Below are positions 1-14,957 of a stretch of 64,000 nucleotides of DNA, in pieces (within the stretch, counting starts at the first letter, position 1; each line of letters begins with the position of its first letter). The stretch covers positions 152,086,001 to 152,150,000 of the forward strand of contig OZ024741.1 of NCBI GenBank assembly GCA_964016885.1. Reading direction: 5' to 3'. Both the position numbers and the translations under genes were made by a program. A model generated the notes under the pieces. It searched no databases, was not told the DNA's origin, and saw only the letters and a list, made by a program, of their open reading frames with translations. The DNA comes from Eledone cirrhosa (taxonomy: Eukaryota).

Positions 1-405
1 AAACCGTCGGAAATGTCAGAAAAGATTTTTCATTGAAGAATGCTCTCCAGGGAGCCTCTTGATGAACTCATTGGTTTTCCTGATCAAAGTCTTTACGTGC
101 AGTCTTTTTGAAGGTATGGCGATATCTATATATCTAAAACAAAGAATGTATGTCTGTCTATCTGTGCCCTAAAACTCGATAACCACCCAACCGATTTTTT
201 TCAAACTTTACACATGAAATACTTATGGTCGTGTGAGTGTTTTGAGCAAATTTTCAATGCCCTAGCGACCGCATTAGGCGCCGGTTAGCGATCTCTCCCT
301 TTCTTAGCCTATCTTTTTAGATTGATGCATAGCTATAACGTCGCGCCCTTATAATATATGTCTGTATGTCTGGCTGTCTGCATTACGACATTATGAAAAC
401 ATAAA

Positions 406-962
406 ACGCAGAACTAAATATTTCGAAAAACGTTGCAACCTAAGGAAAACAGGAAGGTGATACTTTGGTTAGTGAAGACATTCCCTGGCAATGAACGGAA
501 AAAAGCGAAGATAATACGTCAGCAATGAGAACATTATTTGCTCTAGGCTTCTTATATATTTGATATATATTTATCCTTATCGAACCCTCTTTTGTTCGAC
601 TAACACTATATATATATTTATTAAAACAACAGATTAAAGTTTAAGAAAAGAATCGCTGCTTTCACCCTTAACGGGATCTTCTGAAACTAAAAAAGTCAAT
701 CAGTGAACGCAGAAGTAAATATTTCAAAAAACGTTGCAATCGAAGGAAGACAGGAAGACGATACTTTGGTTCGTGGTAACCTTCCCTGGCAAAGAACGGA
801 AAAAAACGAAGATAATACGTCATTATTTGGTGCAGTGAGAACAATTACACGCAAAGACAAAACCACGTTTATGGTCTAAATAAAGTCGTAGACTAATATT
901 CTATTAGGTGGTTCATGGAGACGTTCTGTGGCAATGAACGGAAAAAACGAAGATAATACGTC
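406..962 (+). repeat. Degenerate direct repeats (~100 bp motif at ~406, ~707, partial at ~929)
   Basis: Recurrent aaaaacgttgcaa...tggcaatgaacggaaaaaacgaagataatacgtca. Confidence 0.6.
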
Positions 963-1059
963 ACTATGTGTAGCAATGAGAAAACTGTTATTGCAGTTGT
1001 TGTTGTTGATATTGCTGCTGTTGCTGCTGCCTCTGCTCTTTCTGCTGTTGTTACTTTTC

Positions 1060-1815
1060 ACAATTTTTCTGTTCCGTTCTGCGATTATCGATAACTGACC
1101 GTACCTCTAGGTAGCACTGCCAAGCGAGAGATTTCTGGAAGTTATCCATAGTCTGCGACTCGAAAGTCCTCCGGAACAGATTGGTCAGTTCGACTTCGTC
1201 TATACCCAGAGTTTCTCCGAGTGCGTCGTCGCACTAATCCTCTTTAGAAATCGAAAGTGGAAGTTCCACTGACCGCATTGCCTGCCTGGTAGAGGGCGGT
1301 GTGTGCCTGGCAACATTCAAGATGCCAGGCGCACAGTCTTGGTCTCTTCTTGACCCAGGACTGCAGCTCAGTCAAAGAGACGAGTTGTAGAAAGACCTGT
1401 CTGACAAACGGCGACCACCCCTGTTCACCGTCTAAGCAGTGTATCTGGAGATGCGGCAGCCTCAGCGCATGTTTGCGCATCATTAGCCACGGCATGCACA
1501 GCCCTCCGCGTAGAGGGTGCTGGCAGCAGATGTACCGCCTCACCATCGAAACCTGTCTGCTCCACAAGAAGTTGAAAAGAAGCCGTTCCAATCTGGTGAG
1601 ACACAAACGGATGTAAGGCACGACGGTCAAGCGGTAATAGATGACGGATGCGATGTACGCATTCGCTACCTCCACTCGACCTTTCAGGGACAGTTTCGGT
1701 CCATTTCTAGGTGGGAGTGGCCACCCTGATCGTAACCTCGTCCCAATTCTTATCCACCTGGGGATCTGATTCGGACCAGACCCCGAGCAACTTTACCGGT
1801 CCGTCCGTCCAGCGT
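1060..1815 (-). pseudogene. Tx1/L1-like LINE ORF2 fragment
   Basis: Homologous to ~35600-36415 (YYRLTVVP, ICCQHP..GGL.MPWL.MRKHALRL). Confidence 0.82.
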
Positions 1816-2516
1816 AATAATAATAACAATATTCCTCCCACGCTTTAATTCTCACATATTTCTATTAGACATTTTTCTGTTTTTCATATTTTTAATTTAC
1901 TTATCTATGTATCTATTTATTAATTAATTTGTTTGTTTGTGTATAATGCAGGCTTGTATGGATATATTTTCCCCATACAATTGAATTAAATTATCATTTC
2001 ATTAATATCTATATATGTTTCCATATATCTACTGTCATTTTCAGTCATCATTCATTACCTTTCCCAATCATTATTACTGCTAACTGTTAACCGCCACAGG
2101 TCACATTGCACCAATCTCTCTGATCTATCAATTATTTCTATACAGCTACATATATCTACATATATTGCTATCAGCCTCTGTAACTATATCTATACATGCA
2201 CCTATATCTACAATTATTGACATCAGCCTTAACAAAATTAATTTCCTTAAACACTTGAAATAATGCTAATCAATAAAACTCATTTATCAATTATAAATTC
2301 CAATTTACACAAAACAATAATAAGGCGATAAGATATTCAGGAACCCTTTACTCCAGCGTTGCTATCCCTAACCCACAAACAGCCCCTCTTCCAAATCATA
2401 ATTTATTACCATCCTTCAAAACCACAACATTAGCATAATTATAGAACATTTCAGCTTGCAGTTCTCTCATACACTTGCCATTATACCATGCTTTTGTTGT
2501 CGATCACACCCTTTGT

Positions 2517-2705
2517 TAATAATGGTTTCTACTTTTTGGCACAAGGCCAGCAATTATCCCAGTGTATTACTGGTATTTTATTTTATCGACCCCGTAAGGA
2601 TAAAAGGCAAAGTTAACCTCGGCGGAATTCGAACTCAGAATGGCAAGGGCCGTAACTCTATGCGTCAATGCATGGCGTCCGACCCTCTACCGATACTGCC
2701 AATCC
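2517..2705 (-). mobile_element. Same SINE family, reverse orientation
   Basis: Reverse complement of 55330-55520. Confidence 0.78.
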
Positions 2706-3085
2706 TGGTTTCTAATTTAGGCGTAAAGCCAGTAATAGTCGATTAAATAAACTCCATTGCTTGAAAACAAAAACAGTCCCAAGTCCGGGACTCATCACGC
2801 CGGTGCTCATGTTAGTAAAGAGTGTAAAAATGTATCTTCTATTCTATAAATATATAAATACAACTTTATCTGGATATTTGCATACATATATATATATATA
2901 TTAAGTTGAGCGATAAGCATCCTAAATATACGATAAAGTTGTATCTTTATATTTACAGAATAGAGGATGCCGAGATTGCGGGAATTTGTCATATATTTTT
3001 ATTGTTCAACATTGCCTCCCTGTCAATGTTTGATATATATTTTATTGTTCAACATTATCCCCTGTCAATGTTTGATATGTGTATT

Positions 3086-3199
<114 letters not shown>

Positions 3200-3364
3200 G
3201 TCAAACGACTTTTAATATAATTTTAATAAATGCTCGGATTTATTCCTTTGAATCTTTGAGCTACTTCTCCAGGTTGTATGGTCCGATATTTTCAGACATG
3301 ACATCTTTAATTTTGTTAGTATTTGCGGTTCCTAAATATTTTATTAGTAGAGCTTTTTCTGTTG

Positions 3365-3779
3365 AAAATGATAGCGTAAGGTCTTCAAAATGTTTTTAAT
3401 TAAACATACTGTATATTGCCAAATATACTATACATACATTCATGTATACATCGCTATTTCAGAGCACCAATCCTAATACCTAATTTTTACTGGACTGGCA
3501 ATCGCTCTGTATAATCAACTCCTGATGATTACTGGATTTCTATAAGAATCCAGCTTCTATAATTTTCGGCTTCTATAATGATCGCCAACAGCGTGAAACA
3601 GACTGTTTTTTAGCTTCTCTCCCTTCTTTCTCCGAAAAGAAGTAAGTGACATAGTCACTACTTTAAAAATGATAGCGTAAGGTCTTCAAAATGTTTTTAA
3701 TTAAACATACGGTATATTTCCAAATATACTATACATACATTCATGTATACATCGCTATTTCAGAGCACTAATCCTAATA
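3365..3779 (+). repeat. 301-bp-period partial direct repeat enclosing a degenerate HHR-like motif
   Basis: 3365-3478 is repeated at 3666-3779. CTGATGA 3522 and GAAA cagactg 3595-3605 are present, but stem I is not evident. Confidence 0.5.
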
Positions 3780-3814
3780 TATATATATATATATATATGT
3801 ACATCTATCTATAT

Positions 3815-4815
3815 CTAGGGCGGGTAAAATTCCCGAGACACATGGACGAGTTCTCTCCAGTGGTCTCTGTCCCTCATTATCGCTGCCATGTCCTGCGTCT
3901 CCAACAGAGCAGTGTCTTTTCTTAGGGCATCAACATACGTTAACCTTGGTCTTCCTCTTCCAGTGTTTCCATGTAGGGGCTCCCACAGGATCACTGAGTG
4001 CAATGTCAAGTCTGGATGTCGGTGAGCATGTCCAGCTAACCTCAGTCTCCTCTGTGTCACTTTTGAGCTGACTTTTTGGAGGCTCCCATGCAGCTCTGAC
4101 TTTTTCATCCTCAGTGTATACTGATTAATGTTCAGAGTCATCCTCAGCATTCTCGTGTAGCACCCATCCACCATCTGAGTGAGTTTCTTGGTCAGTGTCC
4201 AAGTCTCAGACCCGTACAGCAGCACAGACTCCACTACAGCAATGACGATGCGGATTTTCAGGTCTTTACGAAGGTCCGACTTCCACACCGATCTCAAGCT
4301 GTGGCACGCCGCCCAGGCTTTGCTCTTCCTCTCAACCACATCATCTTTCGTATTCAAAATCTTTGCTCCCAAATACAGGAAGAGTAGCTTCAGAGAGCCA
4401 AGAATAAGATCAAGGAGGGCAAGGCTCATGGAGAAGATGGAGTGGCATCAGAGGTGATGACGAGGTGTGATTTTGATGATATCATCCTGGGGTTCTGTAA
4501 CCAGGCACTGGAGAAAGGAGTTGCCACGAATCAGTGGAGGATCAGTAACATCGTCCCAGTGCCAAAGAATGGAGATCTGTCTAACACCAACAACTACAGG
4601 GGGATCTCACTGACGTCACTTGTGGCAAAGACCCTCAACAGGATGATTCTTAACAGGATCCAGCCTGAGATGGAGAAGAAGTTCAGGGACAACCAGAACG
4701 GCTTCAGAGAGGGAAGATCAACCACCAGTCACATCCTGATGCTGAGGAGGATATTAGAGGGAGCCAGAGCAAAGTGCCTTCCAGCCGTCATGGTTTTCAT
4801 TGACTTTAGAAAGGC
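3815..4815. mobile_element. RTE-like LINE fragment with 5' inversion
   Basis: 3815-~4382 (-) encodes the ORF C-terminus (FLYLG, VLLYGSETW, RRLRLAGH, GRGRP). ~4382-4815 (+) encodes the RT N-part (KAHGEDG, NYRGISL, QNGFREGRST, FIDFRKA). Confidence 0.85.
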
Positions 4816-5616
4816 TCACGAAGGCTTTTTTTTTATATTAAAAAAAAGGTGGCTCACGAAGGCTTTTTTTTTAATATTAAAAAAAAGCCTTCGTGAGCCA
4901 CCTTGTTTTTAAAGTAAAGAAATTCAAACACACACACACACAACACACACACACACACACACACGCACACACACACAAGCACACAAATAAACATACATAT
5001 CTTAACTTTCTTTATTCAATAGAAAATCTGAATTCTGACACCCCAGCGAACTAACCATATTCACTGAACCAGAACAATTCTCCCATCCCTTTCTCTTGAC
5101 CATTATCTTTCACTTATCAAAAAATTCTCTAAAAAGGGTACAGAATGGATTTCCAAATAAGGGCACAAAAATTTAATGAAAACTTGTTCACGTGACAACC
5201 ATAATTTCATTTATAACCAACCAAAAAAAAGCCTTCGTGAGCCTCTTTTTTTCAAGTAAAAAGAAATTCAAACACTCATATATGAAAAAACAACCTGTGA
5301 CAACCCCCCCCCCTCTTATTTGAAGAACTATTGTAACGCGAACTGGCGCGAAATTTACTATAATTATTGATAAACCAATCAAATTACTTCTCGAAAAACC
5401 TGGCATTTCGAGCCACTTTTTCCATATAAAACAAGTAACATTCAGAGACCAACCAGATGTGAGAAAAACCACAGACCCTCCATCTCAACTCACCTTTTGA
5501 AAAGCAGAAGAACTGCGAAACCGGTAAAGGAACCAAATAAATATATATATTTTTTAAAAAATAAGACTCCAGTTGCATTTTCGATTTCATCTCTTTTTCT
5601 TTATATATATATATAT

Positions 5617-5676
<60 letters not shown>

Positions 5677-6245
5677 CGAAGGAAGTGTGGTAAGGAACCA
5701 GATGGACCAAAACGCACCAGAGTACGTAGTAGACTGGGTAATAGGACCTTTTCCAATATATATATATATATATATAATTATATATGTCGTCATCGTTTTA
5801 ACGTCCGCTTTCCTTACTAGCAAGGGTTAGAACAAGTCAGTACTGAAGCAGGGCTACTGATCTTCCAAACAAACCATCGTCTCGCTTATGCACAGTCTCG
5901 CGATCTACTGAGTGAACAGGTTGTCATGTCTTTGACACAACTGAAGGTCTTGCCAACCTTTTGTTTGGCAAGCTTTCTACATCTGGATGTCCTTCCTATC
6001 ACCAGCACTTTACAGTGAATGCTGAGTGCGTTTATCGTGTAACGAACCAACATTAGCGAGGTTGTCATTTCTTTGAAATGACTGGTAGGGGTGGCCCGCC
6101 AAGCCCTCTGTTTGACAAACTTTCTACGGCTGGATACCCTTCCTATGACCATCCACTAGGGAGGATGTCATATCCTTGACACGACGAAAGGGTTCTCCCG
6201 GTCATTTGTTGGCAAGCTTTCTACAGCATTTGCCCTTCCTACAGA

Positions 6246-6296
<51 letters not shown>

Positions 6297-6689
6297 GACT
6301 CATACACACACACAAACACATGCATACACATATATATACTTATACATATCTATATGTATATGCGTATGTGCGTGAGTGTATATATTCCTGTCTATATGCA
6401 TCTGTAAGAAGCACTTACTTTATGAACTTTTGAACGAAATCAAACTATTTTCATTAAAATTCCGATGACAACATGGTAAGATTTCCAAAGTAAGATTCTT
6501 AAAAACATGCATAATTTTATTGTCTTCTTTACTGATTCAATTTATTGCTCACCAAATATATACACTCTCTTTCTTTTACATCTTCCCTGAGATTTACAGA
6601 ATGTTAATGTTCCCCATGAAATATGCAAATATCCAGATAGTAAATGTACGACTGATTAGAATACAATAATTTTGGGGGTAGTATTTAGT

Positions 6690-7626
6690 TTTATTAGACC
6701 AGGTACCTCCGTAAAAAACACTTATTAGCAAGATATACCCGTTCCAAAGACCCTCATGTATAGATAAGAAATGTATAACCTGTAAAATAAGCCCCCATAT
6801 TAACTGTAAAACTAGAAATGTAGTGTATAGCATAAGATGTACTGAAGGACAATGTAGAAACAAAAATATAGTGTACATAGGTGAGACAGCTCGTAGTATA
6901 GGGGAACGAATAAATGAACACTGGCGAGACCTTCAAGATAATAAAGAATCATCTGTGCTCTACCAACATGCTAAGATAGAGCACAAGGGTAAATTAGAGA
7001 ACATAGAAATAAAAATAGAATCCACACACAGAAAAGATGCAATGTTTAGGCAAATTACAGAGGCAGTAAGCATAAAAGAATTACAACCAAAATTAAATAG
7101 AAAATATGAGTGGAACAGCAACATCACAACTTACAATTAAGGACAAAATGAAAACACACACACACATAGAACAAACAACCAACCAACAACATGTAAATAA
7201 ATAAATAAATAAATAAATAAACAAATAGATAAATGAACACAAACACACACAGACACCCGGATGTGGCGCATGCGCAAACTGAGCACACAACACACACACA
7301 GAAACAAAATGGCGTAGGACAGAAGAAAGGAAAGGCACAGAAACAAAGAAAGGAATCCCCAGTCACTGAAGATGTCACAGAGTGTGTGACGAAAGGACTA
7401 TGACTATATATAAACAACTATCTGGTTGTGGAACCCACCAACCAGAAATTTATAAGTTTGTAGATTTGTAAATTTATAAATTTATAAATATATAATAAAT
7501 TGAAGTGAAAGCAACTGATGCGTGTGTTTCTTATTGGCAACATGACCCTCCCAAAGTATAACAATATCGGTTTCAACACACGATTTCAGATAAAGAATCT
7601 TGCTAAACAAATTCAGAAACGAAATA
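6690..7626 (+). mobile_element. 3' fragment of a different PLE lineage (GIY-YIG end + pLTR)
   Basis: CIDKKCITC...CKTRNVVYSIRC...VYIGETARSIGERINEH...RQITEAVSI...LNRKYEWN (stop 7140), followed by an HHR and a tail shared with 56662-57133. Confidence 0.8.
7361..7405 (+). ncRNA. Minimal type I hammerhead ribozyme
   Basis: agtca CTGAAGA tgtcacagagtgtgtgac GAAA ggac TA tgact. Confidence 0.8.
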
Positions 7627-7888
7627 TATATATATATTTCTTTAGGTTTGTTGGTTCACCACTGGATAGAGTTCTTTCTTTCTTTCTTTCTTCCCCTTTT
7701 TTATTCTTTGACGGAGAGGTGGTAGTACATTATAAGCCTTCGCCCACTCACCAGATGGTCATTAGCAGATCGAGTTGCTACCACTTTGAGGGCGACTGGC
7801 CGAGGTGAAGACAGCTAGTTGGTCAGTCGTCCTCTCTCTTTGATTTTTCGGACCCATGGTTTTTACATATTCCTTTGTTATATTTCGA

Positions 7889-7946
7889 ATACCTGATGAT
7901 ATCACCGGATTCATATGGAACGCGGTCATTGAAATGATCATAGTAT
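7889..7946 (+). ncRNA. Type I hammerhead ribozyme in a separate short element (~7635-8005)
   Basis: atac CTGATGA tatcaccg...cggtcatt GAAA tgatca TA gtat. Stem II imperfect. Confidence 0.65.
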
Positions 7947-7994
7947 AATATACCTTTCAAGGATTTACACCAGTCCAGCTTCCTGTTATTTTTA

Positions 7995-8087
<93 letters not shown>

Positions 8088-8327
8088 GTGTGTGTGTGCG
8101 CGCGTGTGTGTGTACATAAATATATATATATATATATATGTAGATAAATCTACCAAGAGTTTACGGTAGTGTCCAATCCGTATGAAGAACTCAATGTATT
8201 CCGGATATCATGGAAAGAAGAGATGTAATGAAAAACCACTTTCGGTGAAAGATAAACGGTATACAGAGTCAAGATAAAATATTAAACAAATAATGAATAA
8301 ACAATTCCTTATATTAAACAAAAAAAG

Positions 8328-8482
8328 TTCATTATTTAACGATCGTTTCTAGGGTATATATGTGTTATAATTGGTATGCATATTCAACAGATCTATGTAC
8401 AAAATTATACAAAATTATACAAATTATCAAGATTAAATATACATACCTAACACATATATACGCCGTCTTCAGAAATAATGAA
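8328..8482 (-). ncRNA. Type I hammerhead ribozyme, inverted PLE copy
   Basis: Reverse complement of 14460-14614. Confidence 0.85.
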
Positions 8483-9298
8483 GTATATTTATTGATAATA
8501 ACAACAATTCAAAATTTCAGTTCAAAATTGACCAATGAAAACACAAAGGGTTAAAAGCAGTTCGGTGTGTGTATATACATGTAAAATCCTTACACATATT
8601 TTACAAAAATGTATGTATAACTTGTATACGCATACTAAAAAGATGGATGCAAACACAAAATTTCAAGGTTAATATCTCTGTAAGCTTAAAATGCGCTGAT
8701 AAGATGCGCATTGATACTTATGGAGTCAAGCATATAAATATATTTTTTCATACTCACACATATCAGTACAATCACACATACACGCGCGTATATGCATAAA
8801 TATACACATAACCACGAACATACAAACACACACACACCCCCACTCACATTTATATATGTGGATATAAAATCATAAGCACATGGAAATTAAATCACTCACA
8901 TAAAACACTGGCACACACATTTCAAGATCAAGATACAGAAATTAGGTGGGAGGGGGGGGAGGGGTCAGTATTCAATTGTCTGAGCAGACTGCCTAATATA
9001 AATGTATCTATAAATTAAGAAAAATAAAAAAATAAAACAATAAAATATAATAAATATAATATAATATACATACACATACAGATATATACACATACATACA
9101 TGTACGCGCACATAGAAATATTTACGCATACACACATACACACATACATATACAGTCATACACACATATACACTTACACGAACATACACATACACATATA
9201 TAAAGATATATATATACACACACACACACACGCAACACATACACACATACACATATATATAAAAAATAAATAATAAAGATATATATCCATACATATAT

Positions 9299-9346
<48 letters not shown>

Positions 9347-9424
9347 ATACACATACATCTAAATATACATACACATACATACACACATACATGTACATAC
9401 ATGTACATACATATACGCACATCG

Positions 9425-9465
<41 letters not shown>

Positions 9466-9766
9466 TAGACATATAGATACATACACACACAACTTACATA
9501 CACACATATATATATATAGATGTACATTCATACATAGAATTAGATATATAATCATACATACATATGCACCTACTTATATTCATATATATAAATACATACG
9601 CTTCCATATACGCGTATATACATAAAAAACACTACAACCTCACCTAACTCAGACATACAAATAAAAATAATAATAAAAAGGCATATGTATATACATACAC
9701 ACACGCATTAATAGAGATATATATATATACACACATACATACACATATATATATATACATATATAT

Positions 9767-9807
<41 letters not shown>

Positions 9808-9891
9808 TACACTCATACATATATATATATATATATATATAAACATATATATCCACACACTCATACCACCATAAATACACATACAAACACC

Positions 9892-9969
<78 letters not shown>

Positions 9970-10274
9970 TAAAAAACAGACATGCACATATATATATATA
10001 TATTTTTTTACACTTATATATACACATATTATATACACATACACAACCTCACTTATACACATATACACATAAGTTATATTATAATAATAAAGAATAATAT
10101 ACATATATATATATACATATACATATATATATATATATATATACATACATACATACACATACATACATACACATAAACATATACATACATAAATGCACAC
10201 ATACGAATAAAGACATATATTCACACATAGACACCTATATATATATATATATATCTATATATATATATATACAC

Positions 10275-10311
<37 letters not shown>

Positions 10312-11448
10312 GACACACATACACACTCACATATATATATATGTGTATGTGTGTGTGCGCACATACACCTATATACACACACACATACAAACACACACAA
10401 ACACATACATATGCATACGTGCACACACACACACATATATCACATAGATACGAAGATAAACATATAAATAGAGAGACATACATATATATACACAACACAC
10501 GTACACATACATACATACACACGCATATACATATACATATATATATACACATATATATATTCCTATATATACAAGCATACACATACATACACATATATAC
10601 ACATACATACACATATACATATAACACATTCACATACACATACATATATAATGCATATATATACATATATATACACATACATATGTACACTCATATATAC
10701 ACACGCAATCTTACATTCATATTTGCATGCGCATATATGTATTTTTATATTTAGATATAAATACCCAAACATATATATACACCTACCTACATATATATTC
10801 ATACATAGACGCTTACAAATACAGATGATAATAGTATGGGGGAAAGGGGGGGTTTGGAGAAGGGGATCAAAGTAAATATATGTTTCAAGAAACATATAAT
10901 ATTTTCCGTATCTTTATTCAATGTATGTTCTTACATATTTACAGTGCTAGGAAATACGACAAACAAGAACCAAGGCAAAATCTATGCATCTCAAAATAAA
11001 TAAGTATATCATTAATCATATGTTAACTAAACCAAAGATAGTCAACATATTGATTTCTAAGGTGTAAATTAGTTAGGTTTATAATATTTGAAGCAGAATT
11101 TTGAAGTCAAACAGTAGTAGATTATTAATTACAGTATAACTAAATTAAAGTTAATAACGTTATGGTATCAATATTAGGAAATGAATTTAGTAATAGGGAA
11201 AAGAAACCCAAATAAAAATAAAATAAAGTATTACATCGGTAGTAGCATATAAATTATATGTTAACTAAATTAAAAATTATATATTTATTTCAATAGTATA
11301 TGTTAATTAGTATATGTTAATTAGGTATACAATACATAAAGCAGATATTGTATTTCATCAATAGCATAATATAATTATATGCAAATAGAAATCAAAATTA
11401 ATACGCATACATATACATATACATACACATACACATATACATACATAT

Positions 11449-11495
<47 letters not shown>

Positions 11496-12028
11496 TACAC
11501 ATATATACATACATACAGATACACATACACACACACACATACACATACACATATACATATACATATCTTTTTCAAAAAATTACACAGAATATATTAACTA
11601 GGTATATATCCAAAACACATCCCATTTTATGATTACATGACATTCTGCAATTCGTCTGTATAAGGATACTAATCTTAAGCAAATTAAAATTAAAATTTTT
11701 AGGTTGATTAAAACTAAAACCAAATAATAAATATATTTCCAAAATGTATATTAATTAGGTCTATAATACTAAAAATTATTTCTCTGTCATTGGATACACG
11801 ATATTATTTTGTTATATTTTATCTGTAAAAGAGTTATAATAAAAGGTTTAAATAAATTAAAATTAATCTATAAATTAAATTACTAAGTATATATTAGTAA
11901 TATTTAAAGGTTTTTCACAATTTATGATTACATAATATTTTATATTCTCATCTGTAATAAAATATTAATTAAATTAAATTTATAGGTTAACTAACATTTA
12001 AATTAAATTAATTTCTAGAATAATGTTA

Positions 12029-14266
12029 TTAATTAGGTTTATAATATTTAAATGTTTTTTTTAGTTTATGATTACACGATATAATTAATTCCTGTCGTTT
12101 ATTTAATAAGATATCCTTAGACTTCATTATTTCAAATAGTTCTTGGGAACATAATCTACATTCCTTTCTATTATTTTGATAAGGGGTGGCTCTTTTGAGC
12201 ACACTCCAGGTCAAATCATATTTTATATTCTTATTTTTATAACTATTGATTTTTTCTGCTAGAGATGTTGCGGCATTTTTAAAACTATGCTTGTGGGTAT
12301 TAAACCTTGTCTTAAAATTGTTAGAGGTAGCTCCTATATATGAGCAAATAGAATCTTTAGTTTTAACATTACATTTATAGACTATGTTGTTAACAAGACA
12401 ATTCCCTTTTAATGGGCAGTTTGCTTTGTTTCTACAGTTACATCCTTTCGTTAATTCTGTATTTGAGGAGATATTATGATTAATTTGATGTACTGGTGGT
12501 ATACTTATGGTTTTCTTACATTTATATGCATTATATGCACTTATATTTTGTTTTATGTTATTTGTTGTAGAGTATGAGAATTTAACTGTAGACCTATTTA
12601 AGATTTGATGGTATTTGTGGTTTGGCGGGAAGTTTTTCTCAAGGATATAAAAAAATTTTTTAGCAATATTATCCTTAACTTGTAAATTAAAAGGAGCATT
12701 ATACCAAGTAACTCGTCTATTACGGTTTCTATGTTGTTTATTATTTTTATTATTTTTATAGGTTGTATCGTGATTTTTACTAGGAGGATTAATGTTAATG
12801 ATCTCACCACAACTATTTTTAGTTATATTTGTAGATTTAGGTGTTTTATCTTTTTTATTTGGAGTTTTATTATTAATATTTATTATAGTTGTATGATGAG
12901 TAGTTTTATGAGGGTTACTATACTTTATATTAGAAGATTTAGTATTTTGGGGTATATTGTGGGTGGCATTTAGGTGTGTACTTTTCATTTGGTGTTTGTT
13001 GGTAATATTATGCTGTATGCTTTCAGTATTTTTAGTAGAAGGTATATACTCTAATCTATTTTTGTGGCCACTTCTATCTAGAGCTTCATTATAAAAGGTC
13101 GCATTTTTATCAAATACATCTTGGTTAGAAGAAAGGTTAGAAATTCTAAGTGATATATTATATGCAAGGTTTTTCAGGATAGATTTAGGGTGATTAGATT
13201 GTGAGTGTATGTAATGTAAGTTTTGGTTAGGTTTATGGTAAGGTTGGTAGATACCCGTAGCTAAATCTAAAGTTATATCTAGGAAATTTACTACTTTACT
13301 TGTTTTTTCAAAAGTAATATTAAGATTATAATAGTCTTTAAGGAAAGATCTAATATGTTTTTTGTTTTTTTCGATTTCTGAAAGGCTAAGGTTGTTAGAA
13401 AGAAGAAGACAGTCATCACGATATAAACCACCTTTGAGGTGGGGAAAAGAGGCATTTATGTTGAAAAGGAGAAAGAGGCCCACAAGATCAGTAATTTGGG
13501 CGGAATCGCTTGAACCCATAGTAATATCAAAAAGATTACTGTATGTGTTTCTGGTCCAGTATTCATTCTGAAATTCAATAAGTGTTAATCTAGCATGTGT
13601 AATAATGTTAATGTCATCCGAAGTTAAGCTAGATCTATTTTTAGCAAATATCAATGCTTTGTTCAGGAGTATAGGTGATATAGAAGAATAGTAATTATCT
13701 ATATCAAATTGTAGGAAAGAAGCAGAAGATTTACACCTAATATTTTTAAACCAGTTAATTACCTGGGAGGTGTTTTCCCAGAGTGGTAAAATAACGTGTT
13801 TTCTTATTTGTGGGATGACTCTATCTAAAATTTTTTTGCTAATTATTCCAATATCTGATTTGGAGGGACATATAAGTCTAATAGAAGGATTAGAGTTAAA
13901 GTTAGATTTGTGATCTTTCAGGTTGAAGTGTGGTCTTTTCAATGCCAAAGGTTCAGTTCTATCTTCAATGTTTAGTTTTTTTACTATGTTGTGTGTTTTG
14001 TTGTTGATGTTGGTGAGTGACACATTATTAGATTTTTTATAATTTTTTCTGAGTTCTTTATATATGAACTCATTATAATGTTCAATATCCATATGATACA
14101 AGTTACCAGTTTTGTCCGAGTGGACATGGATTTTTTTAGACTTTTTTAGGTCCAATAGGGTAGAATCAAGGTCCTTTTGAAAGACGGATTTATACTTTTT
14201 AAATTTGAGGTGTTTAATTAAATTAAAAAGGTCTTTCTCGAAGTCTTCAAGTAAAAAGTCGTGTGG
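12029..14266 (-). pseudogene. N-terminally truncated PLE RT/GIY-YIG ORF
   Basis: Track ORF 12029-14155 is identical to the + copy apart from a 12-bp in-frame deletion (AALANTTSLA to AATSLA). It lacks the first ~65 codons. Confidence 0.9.
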
Positions 14267-14459
14267 ATATTAACCTTGAAATTTTGTGTTTGCATCCATC
14301 TTTTTAGTATGCGTATACAAGTTATACATACATTTTTGTAAAATATGTGTAAGGATTTTACATGTATATACACACACCGAACTGCTTTTAACCCTTTGTG
14401 TTTTCATTGGTCAATTTTGAACTGAAATTTTGAATTGTTGTTATTATCAATAAATATAC

Positions 14460-14614
14460 TTCATTATTTCTGAAGACGGCGTATATATGTGTTAGGTATG
14501 TATATTTAATCTTGATAATTTGTATAATTTTGTATAATTTTGTACATAGATCTGTTGAATATGCATACCAATTATAACACATATATACCCTAGAAACGAT
14601 CGTTAAATAATGAA
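14460..14614 (+). ncRNA. Type I hammerhead ribozyme in PLE pLTR (long stem II)
   Basis: Stem I ttcattattt/aaataatgaa; CTGAAGA 14470; stem II gtatatatgtgtta/taacacatatatac; GAAA 14593; palindromic cgatcg; GUU cleavage triplet. Confidence 0.85.
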
Positions 14615-14957
14615 CTTTTTTTGTTTAATATAAGGAATTGTTTATTCATTATTTGTTTAATATTTTATCTTGACTCTGTATACCGTTTATCTTTCACCGA
14701 AAGTGGTTTTTCATTACATCTCTTCTTTCCATGATATCCGGAATACATTGAGTTCTTCATACGGATTGGACACTACCGTAAACTCTTGGTAGATTTATCT
14801 ACATAATTTTGCTCCTATTTTCACGGAAATATTCGTATTTTTGTACTGTATGTGTGTATTAATTTTATATTTATGTATAAACATATATATATGTATGATT
14901 TTGTAAACCCATATACATTTAGTTGAGCTCTTTCAATTGTCCATCATCCATATCACA

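Larger units (their letters stand above)
8137..14266 (-). mobile_element. 5'-truncated inverted copy of the same PLE
   Basis: Reverse complement of 15150-21163 plus additional pLTR sequence. Junction gtgtg[g]atatt at ~14266; outer end in (TA)n at 8137. Confidence 0.9.

Noticed and set aside
8965-11597. Many long ORFs rich in Y/I/C/V/M/H/T (also 18500-20500, 33850-34500, 45600-48050, 56380-56750, 59530-60140)
   Set aside because: Translations of stop-free dinucleotide and tetranucleotide microsatellites.
14725-14800. Second HHR-like or SECIS-like motif (ccatgata...taaactcttggta)
   Set aside because: Core nucleotides and stems do not fit; the convincing HHR is at 14460-14614.
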